Assembly (NCBI RefSeq): GCF_001194135.2
Contig: NC_068983.1
Span: 85,066,876 to 85,130,875, forward strand
Direction of reading: 5' to 3'
Source of the DNA: Octopus bimaculoides
Taxonomy: Eukaryota
DNA: 64,000 nucleotides
Positions 41,058 to 53,339 of the stretch are shown piece after piece; positions within the stretch are counted from its first letter, which is position 1; each line of letters starts with the position of its first letter. The translations under genes and the position numbers were made by a program. The notes under the pieces were generated by a model. That model did no database searches, was not told the origin of the DNA, and worked only from the letters and a program-made list of their open reading frames with translations.

Positions 41058-43196
41058 GATAGCTGCCTTCGTAAACAAAGTTATGTCCCTTGCTTCTCAC
41101 TGAATTACGTCCCTTCATTCATGGTGTAATAATTTTGTTAATCGAACAAACTGTCATTATACATAAGAAAGGTCAGATATTTAGTTTTAAGGTTAGATAG
41201 TCTGGGTTTTAACCCCCTTATCTATCTAGCAATAACTTGAGCCAGCTGTTAATTTATCCTCCTTTTTTATTGAGATGTGGCTGAGAAGAAGAAGAAATAA
41301 AAAAGGCCTATGAAAAAAAAAATTCACGTACATGGATGTATGCATGCATGACTTTATTATTTTTTTTCTTTATTAGTATTCTTCCTAGAAGTAGGAAGCT
41401 GGTTTTTAACAAAGAAACAAAAGCTTCATCACTTGAATAACAACAATTTGTATGACGACAACGATAATTATTACATAGCAAAAAATACTTGCATATTTTT
41501 TAGTGATCTACCAACGGATTACATCTGTAAAGTCCCTGTCAACAAGTCTTTCTTTGCTTGAATACCCTAGATTTTCCAGATTCTCGCTTAGATATGTAAT
41601 ATATATATGTACACACACACACACACATATATATGTATGTATGTAGTGGAGGCGCAATGGCGGAAATTACTTTGAATATTGAATTTTGTGTGTCCTATTT
41701 CTAATTTTTGCAGACAATATTACTTTTATATTTTATTTGACACTTGAGTAGAACTCCTGCCTGGAAACCTCGTGACAGACTTAGGTTGTTGAAAAAATCG
41801 ATAATAGGGCCCTTCCAATGGATCCTTCTATCTACTACATATTATTAATATTTAAACAACCAAAGGGAAATAACCCATACTACCTGCTGATTTTAGCAAA
41901 CCGATCAATATTTGATTCTCATGATCAGCCGACCTAATTCTGCATTTCACTACTCACAGTTTGAACTGCTAAACATTATTATTGCACTTCCTTAATTTGA
42001 ATCTTAAACATTAAGGACTTCATTCATACATTTCTATACATACATACTTTTTTGAATGCCCGTTACTCCGATAATTCTGCATTTTTACAGTTACACTTTT
42101 TCCATGACAGTAGATAAATTTTTTAATCCACAATGTATTTGTAGTGGCTTCATGCAGGAATAGCGTGAATTTGATCCTCGATTGACAAATTTCACTTAAC
42201 ACTTCAACAGCGCTTTTCTCATAGTAAAACAATAGTTTTTGAAGTTGAAAGGATTTGTATTAGAAAGAGGAAATTAGATTTTATTAGGGAGAAAATGTTT
42301 ACTTCTGTAGTTTTATGAATTTTATTCGTTATTAAGAATTTTTTGGAGTGAAAAAATGACGCAGTGACCTAACAAATTGTATTTAGAATATTAATTGCAA
42401 TTCTTTAATCCAAGAAATTTGGAATTGTGTAAATGTATGAATTTCAAACATACACACACACACAAAAAATCTGCCTTTTATAGTATAGATACGCAATTTA
42501 ATTCCGTTCCAGTTTATTATGGAATATGTCTAAGTCTTGTTACTTTTCTTCCAACCACTTATGAAGAACCGTATTTTTTTTTCTTTTCGAAAGAATGTTT
42601 TCGTTAACTTCTAACATAAAACAGATACTCGATTGTGTGTGTGTTTTTTTTGTTTTTGTTTTTGTTTTTTTTTTAATACAACAAAATACACTTTTCTAAC
42701 AAGGTGAGAAAATTTTGGCATAAACTGCTAAGGTAGGAATTGCAAGGGGAAACTTTGAGAACTTTGGCCAGCACTTTCCTAATTCAATATCAACATTTAC
42801 AAAATACATATAGGGAGTGGGCAAAATGAAGTATTTTACTGCATTTTTTATTTTGAGACAAAATATATTTTTTTACAAATGTTTACTACCTTACGAAAAC
42901 TATATCAGAAATGCAAATGGCCTTCCCTAAATGCATTAAAAGCATTATAACATAAGCTGATAAATAACTATTTCAGAAAATTATCGCCGTTCCCTTTGAG
43001 CATATAAAATACAAATTTGGCTGGGACAAAATGAGTAAGACAAGATACGGTAAATTTGCCTCTTCAGTTCTCCAGAAAACAGACTCATATACAACAGTAT
43101 CTATCTCTAGACAGCAGAAAGATCAGAGATCCAAATAAATAAAAATATAAATAAATATCAAGGTCAAATGAAAGGCTCATGGAAAAATATACGCAA

Positions 43197-43733
43197 ACTG
43201 ACCACATTCAGCCCCTCGCAACTACCCTACAATGACATTTAAAAATATTGTATCACATCATCAAAATCTCGAAGTGACAAGATAATGCATAATTAATTTA
43301 AAACAATGTGAATCAATAAGCATTACATTTGACAGAGTAATCTGGATGCTGAAGGGTTAAAAAGTTTACTTCCCAATCATATTGTTTTAGGTTCTGCTCC
43401 ACTTCACAGCACCTTAGACATGTGTCTTCTACTATAGCTATAGGTTGATCAAAGCCTTGTGAGTGGAACTGGTAGATGGAAACTGTAAGAAGCTTGTCAT
43501 ATATGTATGTGTGCATGCTTATCTCGACATCACATGCTAGTTGTCTCTCATACAAGCAGTGCCTTTCATTTCCAGTCTTCCATGAAAACATGTCCAACCA
43601 AGGAGAATTATTACTTCACTTGGAAACAGACAAGGAAGGGCATCTGGCTGTAAAAGATCCACCTCAACAAATTCTCTTTGGTCCATACAAGCATGGAAAA
43701 GCAAACATTCAAATGATCATTGTGATCATGATG
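43197..43733 (-). repeat. Inverted duplicate (copy A) of 48155-48694
   Basis: Reverse-complement alignment by eye; ORF translations in two frames are identical across the core. Confidence 0.95.
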
Positions 43734-44469
43734 TGAAATCAAAGAAATTTGACTAAATAAAAAAAAAGCTCAACATAAGATACATTTATAGCCTCTTCAC
43801 CATCTGCTGGGATGCCCTTTTCGTGATTTTTTCTTCACCAAGCAGTTAAAGAGAAGAAATTATTGAAATTAAACATTACTCATTTTACCATATTTCAGAC
43901 ATCATGTTTTGAAACTGAAAATTATCAAACTAGACATTAGTGTGGGAAAAAAATGACTTGGAATCCAACAGAGAAAAGAATATTGATTGTTAAACACTAA
44001 AAATTATCTAGATATTTTATTAGCAACCTCAATTACAATTGGGTGACAGTTGAGGAAAAATTTCTGGTAAAAAAGACCTGCTACCTGACTCTCGTCTTCA
44101 GCAATTATGCTGACCAATTTTTACTCTTAAAGATGATGCAACTGTACAAAATAATAATGAACACTTGCAATGTAATGATCTGAAACAGGTAGGGAGAAAA
44201 TGACAAGAAATCAGAAGTTACTAAATTTCCCCCCTCCCCTTCCTAATAATAAGTTTCGGAGTTTATACTTGGTTAGCTTGTTTGTATCTGAAATCGTGCG
44301 TTAAAATTGCAGAGTCATGATAGCCATTAAAAACACGTTCATACATTCACTTTTGTTTATTTTATTTCTTGATAGTGTTGTATATTAAAACTGTCAATAA
44401 GTTTCGGACTGATCAATGAAAATGTTTACAAACAAGAAAGCATGAGGAATAAATTGGTTTTGTTACTGT

Positions 44470-44540
44470 GTGAAATGAGTTGGTGACGTAGCGGAAGTTG
44501 GTATCACGTGCTCAGATTGGTTGTCACGACAGAACAATAT
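44470..44540 (+). promoter_or_regulatory. MED15 core promoter, possibly shared with MRPS17
   Basis: Clustered TGACGT (CRE-like, 44484), CGGAAGT (ETS, 44492), CACGTG (E-box, 44505) and ATTGG (CCAAT reverse, 44516), ~40-75 nt upstream of the ATG. Confidence 0.65.
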
Positions 44541-44557
44541 TCTATGGTATCTCCATT

Positions 44558-44619
44558 ATGTCAGACATGCAGAACGAGTGGAAAACCACGGAATTTCGTA
44601 ACAGGGTCGTCATACAGAT
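44558..44619 (+). CDS. MED15: Mediator subunit 15, coding exon 1 (KIX start)
   Basis: MSDMQNEWKTTEFRNRVVIQ(I) vs human DWRSTAFRQKLVSQI; AT|gtaagt donor, phase 2. Confidence 0.93.
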
Positions 44620-47600
44620 GTAAGTCTTATTAATTTATGCTTTTCGTTGTAAAGTTAATCATATATTTTTGTATTTAAATGATTGAAGGAAAATGTAGAA
44701 TAAACAATTATATATTACAATTTATAATTACATTTACTGTTCTTCGTAAAGTAAACTGAGTCGTCAAATAAACATGCTGCAAAGAATTACAAATACACTC
44801 AATGTTTAACAACAACGTACAACGCTAAGCGAGTAAATATCCCACTATTCCCTTTTATTGTAGTTAGTTGATGATTTTTTTTTAAAGGAACCCTTTTCCG
44901 GCTTAAAACTAGCTCTGCGTATCCCTGTCATTGTAAACATGAGTTTACGGAATCAAAGTTTCGGTTGAAGATGAAAATATTAACCTTCCTCTCTTCCTTT
45001 AATATTTGAATATTCTTTAGTCGAGGCGAATAAATAGTTGTTTTTATTGTTAACAGTTTTCTTAAAACTTATGCATATATTACAAAGTAATACTATCGTT
45101 AGAATTATTTCACTTTATACATTTTTGTTTCATTAGATTTTTTAAAAAGATTGTATCAAAATAATTTTGAAACTCTCTCCAAACAGTTCGTGACGATCTT
45201 GAAGACTTGGTTCTATTTAATGTTGTGTGTGGATTGGAAATGGAGAGTTTTGATAAACATTTAGGCCTTTCTTAACGGCATTAACAATATTCCTTTAATC
45301 ACAAATAGCGATTCTAAGTTGTTGAACCCGAGTCAATCTGAAATGGTTCATCTTTTGCAGATTGTTTTGGTTTCATTATCAATCCTGTGTACTTAGAACC
45401 TAAGATCGCCTGAAATGTTTAAGAAAAAATGAAATTGGAAGTCAGTTTATTATACTCCTTCCCAATATTATGCTATTCTTCAGTAAGTGTTCTGTTAATA
45501 TTGTCTGTAACTTGATAATATTACTGAACCGGCTGCAGCTTTTTTTTATCCGCCACATTTTTCTTTCAGTCAGTTTGAGTTATTTGTAGCCTTCCCTTAC
45601 AATAAAATTATAATAGTTGGAAGCTTAGTTTAAATTTGTATTGGTTCTAAAATAAAGTCTTGTTCATTTAACTCTGTTACTAGACAATACAGTCATTTAT
45701 GTGAATTGTTATACTGTGTTAGCAAGAGCCTGTCGGCTCTCACTTCTATCCAACTGTAGTTATGTATATTACTCTAATCCGTTGCAGTAAAATCTAATTT
45801 TTGTTGAATGTCCATGTTGCTACTCTGTAATCAAAGCTGTTCACATTCTCTGCTCACGTTCAGTCATTAGATCTCTTAATTAGAAGGCCCAACGAATTTT
45901 TCGAACAGCGTGTGTATGAAATTGCTTCTATCTTCACCTTTCTCTCTGTATAAATATTGAAATATGTAAATACGTATCAATTATTCCTATCACCAAACTA
46001 GGTAACCTCTTTGACAGTGCCAAACCCTAGCTTCCTGCTTTTCTGCTCTTGGTAATGCCACTGAGTAAGTACCCTCGGCTACTTGTGTCCTGACTGGCAC
46101 CAAACCCAACCTTTGCACAATGTAATCTATATTCTAACAGAACATGCTTATCTTACTGTGCATAATGTTTGCTTCCTGAACTGTCTTATAGCAAATACAC
46201 TTCACCTTCGGGTTTTAAAAAAATTGGGTGGGGGAGGATCCCTTCCTTTTGATGGGCAACTCGATTAATTAATTTTCTTTGACTAAACACTTTGAAACTT
46301 CGGATACTGGTAAAATGTGTCTTATAGAACATTGAGAAAAGTTTCTATTTACGAAGTTATTTCGTGTTAAAGTTGTATTTCAGTAATTTCAACTAATCAA
46401 TGACGTGTGATCAGCTGAATAAAATTACTGCTGTTGTTTGTCAACAACAACTTCCGGCGGTGTATATTTCGTTTGTTACTGTTATTTATGACATATTTCA
46501 TCTAAGTTATGTTCGTATGAATAAACGAGTGTATCTGAAGCACGTTTACTTCATGACACCACCTTAATCGTTCGTGCATTTCTACTGCTTTTAGATTTTT
46601 TCTCTGTTTTTCAGCTACTATTTTCGTAAAGACTCCCCCCCCCATTTTCTCGCAAATTATTGTTTTTTGGGGGGTTTTTTCTTTGCAAAAAATCTAGCTT
46701 TTCGGATATCCATGTCAGCTTGGATTGCTTTTGTGAATGGAGATTTCAAAAATAAACTCCATTGAAGGCATAACCCACTTCTCTTCAACAATCTTAAATG
46801 CAATTTCTTCAAACTTCAAAGAAGTATTCTTGCACCATATCAACACACACTTAAAATCACTACAGCTGCATCACAATGTTTGATAAATTCTCTTGGGATC
46901 TTCACATAAATAACATTGCCATATCTTCAGATTTGTTTTCTGTTCTGAGCAAGACGGTACTGCTACTCTGATCACTTGCTCAACATTTATCACATATTTG
47001 AAGCAGTGTGATTGACATGCACATCCATTGTTAAACCACGTTATAATCACCTCACATGTTCATGTTATTCCTATGCTAAGCAAGAATCTCCTACCCATGC
47101 TTCTCTTCCACATAAAGCTTAATATCTATCTTCTCAATCATCACCATTGTTGTTTTAACATCCACTTTTCCATGCTTGCATGTGTCAGACAGAATTTGTT
47201 GAGGCAGATTTTCTACAGCTGGATGCCCTTTCTGTCACCAGCCCTCTCCTGTTTTCAAGCCAGGTAATACTTCACCATGGCCAGTCATGTCTTTATGGAA
47301 GATAAAGAAGACAGTGCTTGCAGTGACACTCATTCACAACTATTACATGATGTTATGACAAGGAGAAAAGAAATTAGATACTGCAATCTTGGATGCACTA
47401 AGTCTGAGAAAAAAAATGAAAGACCGAGTAGTCATGACTGAAATTCCTTTGGTCATTGGTGTGTTAAATCAGAGTGCACAACAATTAGCTAAAAACTGAA
47501 AATTATAGTTCACCAATGTTATCCACTTGAGGTTATGAATTACATCAAACTTTGCACAAGCATGCAAAATGCATACAACACTAGCATTACAGTGATATCA

Positions 47601-48154
47601 CATATGTAAATAGTGAAGATATTAACCAGATACATTTATATATTAACACGACTAGAGTACTAAATATATAATACTAAACAACATCAAACCTAACCCATAC
47701 ACAGTTTAATACCAGACATGCATATTTTCCATAAACAAAGATTTCAAAAAATATTTTGTAATGAGCACACAATGACTTGTTCTCATTTAGCAACAACACA
47801 ACTCTGTTAAGAATACTTCTTATCTCAAAAATACACCACTAAAATACTATATTTCTTAGTTTTCATAAATAAATTGCAGCTAAAATCAAATATTGCCTTC
47901 AACTGCTAATCTTTATAATGCCTGGTCTTTCTTGATAGCATAATTTTTAAGAAACATGAAGCACTTATCATCTGAACAGGTAGGCAGTGTACCTTAAATT
48001 TGAGAACTTATTTAAAGTCATACACCAATCACATAGATGAGTCAGAAAAGCAGCCCTTTGGTGTCTTTCCCATTTGCATAGAAATGGCAACTAAATATAT
48101 TTGAAGTCATAGCTTACCATCTTATAGAAGGAATGATATTGTCTTTGGTATACT

Positions 48155-48694
48155 CATCATGATCACTATGATCATTTGAATGTTGCTTTTCCATGCTTGT
48201 ATGGATCAAAGGGAATCTGTTGAGGTGGATCTTTTACAGCCAGATGCCCTTCCTTGTCTGTTTCCAAGTGAAGTAATAATTCTCCTTGGTTGGACATGTT
48301 TTCATGGAAGACTGGAAATGAAAGGCACTGCTTGTATGAGAGACAACTAGCATGTGATGTCGAGATAAGCATGCACACATACATATATGACAAGCTTCTT
48401 ACAGTTTCCATCTACCAGTTCCACTCACAAGGCTTTGATCAACCTATAGCTATAGTAGAAGACACATGTCTAAGGTGCTGTGAAGTGGAGCAAAACCTAA
48501 AACAATATGATTAGGAAGTAAACTTTTTAACCCTTCAGCATTCAGACTACTCTGTCAAATGTAATGCTTATTGATTCACATTGTTTTAAATTAATTATGC
48601 ATTATCTTGTCACTTCGAGATTTTGATGATGTGATACTTTATTTTTAAAATGTCATTGTAGAGTAGGTGTGAGGAGCTGAATGTGGTCAGTTTG
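48155..48694 (+). repeat. Inverted duplicate (copy B, donor): composite of RTE-tail SINE + family B SINE + TTAA MITE in MED15 intron 1
   Basis: MITE is complete (TTAA 48527 and 48747) and the SINE head continues beyond it here, unlike copy A. Confidence 0.92.
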
Positions 48695-49877
48695 ACCACA
48701 AAACAGAATATTTGGGCTTGATATGGCCAGTTTGAATGCTAAATGGTTAACATAGCTATGCCTGTTAAAATCAACAAAAAAAAAGGGAAAAAGATAATGG
48801 TTATGGCTAGAATACTTTTTGTCACAAATCTACTCAGTGGAGGTTGACTAAACATTAGACAAGTACAGCATGCAAACTCTCACTCTGGATTATATTCTAT
48901 TGCAAAAAAGTGCCATTTTTCTTTATTCATATACATTTTCCCCTCTGTTAAATTGTTCTTATTTTCTTTATCAATTTCTTCTCGATAGCCTCCATTCCTC
49001 CGTACTTGTCATAAATTCATTTCATACAATTGCTTTTACCTTTCCTGATTTTTCACTTTTAGTTAGTGAACTGAGTCCATGTTAGGACACTTCCATTGTC
49101 TAATCCTCATTGCCTAACCCTCTCTTCTGGAACTGCATCTCTTGAATTCCCTTCCTATTCATGCTTTTACTTGAACATGTCTACCCAGCCTGCAAGATTT
49201 GTAATTGAACATTCAATGCATTTAACTCCAACCTCTTATCATGTTCTCTCGATCTTGAGAGGAGGGTTAAAAAGATGATGTACACCTGTTATTCAGACAG
49301 ATTATATAGTATGTGGTATAGCATTTTGTTTACATTCAATGTTGCTCAGTTGTATCTACTAGTGGCATGAATTTTAGTTTAGATGTATTAACATGATCTA
49401 CTACAATTTATTTGGTTTTAACATATAGATACAGTTAGTTCATTGTTCATACATTGCAGTGTATTTCTAAAGATTACACAGCATCATTTTAATCCATTTG
49501 AATCTGTGTTATTCTGCTTCACTTTGCCACCAAACTGCTACCATTTTTCCCAGACACTGCTGTTCTTGATCTACTGCTACAATATAACTCAGTTTAATTA
49601 TGGAGACTCTATATGGTTGTTCCACTTGCTAGAAGCAGCAGCTAAATCTTTAAATTACACATCATGATTTTAGAGAAAGACCCATTAAATAAGATGTTTT
49701 AAATTCTTATAACTGTTGCAGAAAGTATTTTTAAATGTTTCAATAATGCATCTACTCTTAAGTGTACCTGCACAACAAAAAGGTATTGGTTACATCAGTT
49801 CTTTGATGTAACCTTCTTTCTGTTTAATCTTGAATTTTAAAACAAAAAAGTTTGATCAGCTATGTCTTCTATTTCAG

Positions 49878-49965
49878 TGAAAATGCCTTGAAGCAATCTG
49901 GAACTAAAATTCCTAAATCCAGTGTGGAAATGGAAAATCATTTACATCAAAAGGCCAAAACTAAG
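49878..49965 (+). CDS. MED15: MED15 coding exon 2 (88 nt)
   Basis: atttcag|T GAA AAT...ACT AAG|gtaggt; ENALKQSGTKIPKSSVEMENHLHQKAKTK vs human EDAMRKAGVAHSKSSKDMESHVFLKAKTR. Same 88-nt length as I recall for the human exon. Confidence 0.95.
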
Positions 49966-51746
49966 GTAGGTGAAGTAGTTTGGAATTTTGAGTCTTAATT
50001 TGTGAAATTTGAATTAAAAGTTTTATACCATTTCAAAATGTTGACATTCTCTTATTGTAAGGATCTTTATAAAGAAATAAATACTTTGTCTTTAAAAGAA
50101 GATATGTTAATACACAATCTAATACAAGCTGTAAATTTGTAGAATACACTTCAGCAAATGGAATTAATAATTAGTGCACCAAATGCAGTTATGTGATTAT
50201 ACTGTGAGCATTTATATAGTAAACAGTGTAAACAGCTAAGTTTTTAAGATTTTGAAATGCGGTAAAGGACTGAAGCCAACATAAAAATTTTCCTGTTATG
50301 ATGGGCTAATGAGAGAGGATTGTTGTTAAGAAGTTCCAATCAACACATCTTGAGCAGACCTGTTTCATCAGATGATAGTCTAGTAAATGTATAGGCCTTA
50401 CTGTATGGTATTTAGGAACCACCTTCACCTCATGCCTGCACAAAAAGACCATAATGATTGTACTACAGGTGATTAGAGAGAGAGACACTTCTTTGTCATC
50501 AAAAATATAGTCTATATGATGCTTGTGGAAGAGTTAAGTAGTGGTTGCCTAGTAGGGCTGGAGTCCACATTGACTGGATGAAGTTTACAGACTAATTCTA
50601 ATTGTAACAAAAATAAACATTATTCTTACCTAAATTTGACATTAGTTGATAATAGATCCATTTTCTGAAATAATTTTAAGGTTTTCTTCAATCTTGCAAT
50701 GATAAAGGTAGACTATGTGATTTATGTTTCTGAACAGTAATGTTGCATGCCATTGAAATGCTAGTAAAGGAGGGGGAAAAGTATTCCTATGGAGAGGAGT
50801 CTTTTCTGTGAATCGTAAAGATAGGGTTAAATGTTGTTGTATGTTATAAATCAGAAATGGGTACTACATATAAAAGATGGTTTGTACTGTGATGAAAGTG
50901 GATGTTGAGGTAAATTTCTTACACATGATAACTAAGACAAGTAAATCAAAGAAGATATGGAACTACATTTTGATGTAATCTGAGAAAAATTAAAACTAAC
51001 TATAGGATTAGCAAATATGTGACACTGCATGGCTACCAAACCAATATTAGAATGAACAACTGACAAGAGGGGTTAAGTAAAAATCAGTAGTTATATGGAA
51101 TGTTTACCATCTTACTTTGCTTTCTACATATTTGAAATGACTCGGTGACATTATTTTCATATTTTTATTTGTTTCTATGAGAGTAAAATAGCTGAATAGA
51201 TTATAATGTCCAACCAACAGCTTTTAAGTTGTTAATTTTTCTCTCCAGTGATGTTTTAGGCAAATTATTTACCTCTGCTTATCTCAGCTTATGTACCGGG
51301 TCTTTAGGTTAAAATTTTTGGTGATAAAATAGTTCCCTATTTAAAGAGAACTCTTCTCTTAAACCTTTCGCATTTAATCTGGCCAAACTATTCTACTTGT
51401 TTTATGTTAAAACTGATCAGATCTAGCCTCTCACACCTACTCTATAATGTCATTCTGAAAATACACAAACTCACCACTGAAATCTGAAAGCTATGAGATA
51501 ATGCATGATTAATTGAAAACAATGTGAATAAATAAACTTTACATTTGACAGTAATCTGAATGCTAAAGGGTTAGTGTTATAGAAAATAGAGGTCATTTAG
51601 AACTCTAGTTTGCAAATATTTACATTATTTCTGCTTATAAATAATGTTTTCTCTAATAGAAAACAAATGTTCAGTTATGGAAATCAATGTAAATGGCTAT
51701 GTTTGAAGCTACAACTCAACATATCATTTATATCTTCTATTCATAT

Positions 51747-51749
<3 letters not shown>

Positions 51750-51811
<62 letters not shown>
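51750..51811. repeat. (TA)n microsatellite
   Basis: Direct. Confidence 0.98.
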
Positions 51812-51814
<3 letters not shown>

Positions 51815-52173
51815 CATACAAAAATAAGAGGGATGACCAGCATCTCTTATTTTTGTATGTAATATAATTTTAATCTTCGGATTTTTTTAATATGCTAGAC
51901 CACTGGTTCAAATTGATTAATATCCATTTCTACTCTCATAAATAAATTTATATATATATATATATATATTTATATTTTGGAGAGATATATTATCCAGGCA
52001 GATACTATATTAGTTCTCATTTTGGTTCCAGTTAACAGCTAACCACAATGATCAGTGTTTAACATCTGTGACTACAATTCGTTGTTAGTCATTCCATGAA
52101 TTCTTCCGAAGGGTAATTCCATGTACACTTCACTGGATGGTAATAATTGTCTGGAGCATATATATAATGTTAA

Positions 52174-52414
52174 AATAATAAAGAGTATGGAGACTTGTTC
52201 TTCCACAAAATTTATTTTATAGTTATATACAGCTTATTATAATGACCTACACATGTTTCCACTGCGACTTCTCACTGTTGCAAATGCAACCTTGCAATAT
52301 TGTGGTTGCAGCTTCACTAGGGTCCATCCATTTGGTCATCCTCAACGTGAACTGATTGTATATAACTATAAATTAAATTTTGTGGATGTACAAGTCTCCA
52401 TACTCTTTATTATT
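52174..52414. repeat. Fold-back element with 58-bp inverted arms (55/58 matched)
   Basis: aataataaagagtatggagacttgt...ttatataca vs tgtatataac...acaagtctccatactctttattatt. Confidence 0.9.
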
Positions 52415-53041
52415 AATGATAATTATTTATAGATATGTGTGTTGTGTAATCTGCTCCAAGAAAGTACAAAACCATTCCATATACATAAATATGTAGGTGC
52501 AGGTGTGGCAGTGCGGTAGGAAATTTCCTTATCAACCACATGGTTCTGGGTTTGGCCTCACTATGGCACTTTGGGCAAGTGTCTTCTACAATAGCCCTGA
52601 GTTGACTAAAGCCTGCCTGCATGCATACACACATATATACAAACAAACAAACAAACAAAGTGTATGTTAGTCTTGACACCATGTAATAGTTGTCAAATGA
52701 TAACCAGTCATGTAAGAAGTATCATTAATTTTCAGTATTCTGCAAAAAACATTTCTGGCCATGGGGAAATATTACCTTGCTTGATAGCAGGTGATGGTGG
52801 GTGACAGGAAGGGCAACCAACTGTAGAAATCTAGCTGAATAAACTCCAGCCAACTTATGCATGCATGAAAAAAATGATGGTGATGATATTGCCATCAGCT
52901 GTCTTTTCTTGGTCAATTAGTTGATAATCCACAGCTCGGGGAATTACTGTGGTGGTTATTGAAGCATCTTGATAGAATTTAATAAACTTTGACATAATCT
53001 CTATGTGCTTCATTTATTGATGCCTGCTATTTTATTTACAG

Positions 53042-53093
53042 GAGGAATATTTGGATCTTTTATCCAAGTTAATTATCCATGTGTCTGAAATTT
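53042..53093 (+). CDS. MED15: MED15 coding exon 3 (52 nt); downstream exons not identified in the window
   Basis: tttatttacag|GAG GAA TAT...ATT T|gtaagt; EEYLDLLSKLIIHVSEI vs human DEYLSLVARLIIHFRDI. Confidence 0.95.
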
Positions 53094-53339
53094 GTAAGTT
53101 ACTATTTTTCAATCTATTATTTTAACGTTTATGCCCAAACCATGACAACCACAAATACAATGGAAGACACTTATTACATATGCAGGACTAACACTTATTA
53201 TAGTAGTGAGATGGCAACATCTGGCCATTTGTGAGAAATCCTTAACCATCATATAACAACAATTGCACATCTTTCTTCCTTTAAGAAATAGAAAACATAC
53301 ACCAAAAACCTCATCCACCACTAGAAATTTCTCTCTTCT

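Noticed and set aside
43313-43736. Identical 'paralogous proteins' at 43313/48290 and 43476/48172
   Set aside because: Chance ORFs across SINE/MITE sequence in the inverted duplication; no coding signal.
43950-44010. MTWNPTEKRILIVKH, Tc1-like HTH start near the promoter
   Set aside because: Too short and decayed to support a call.
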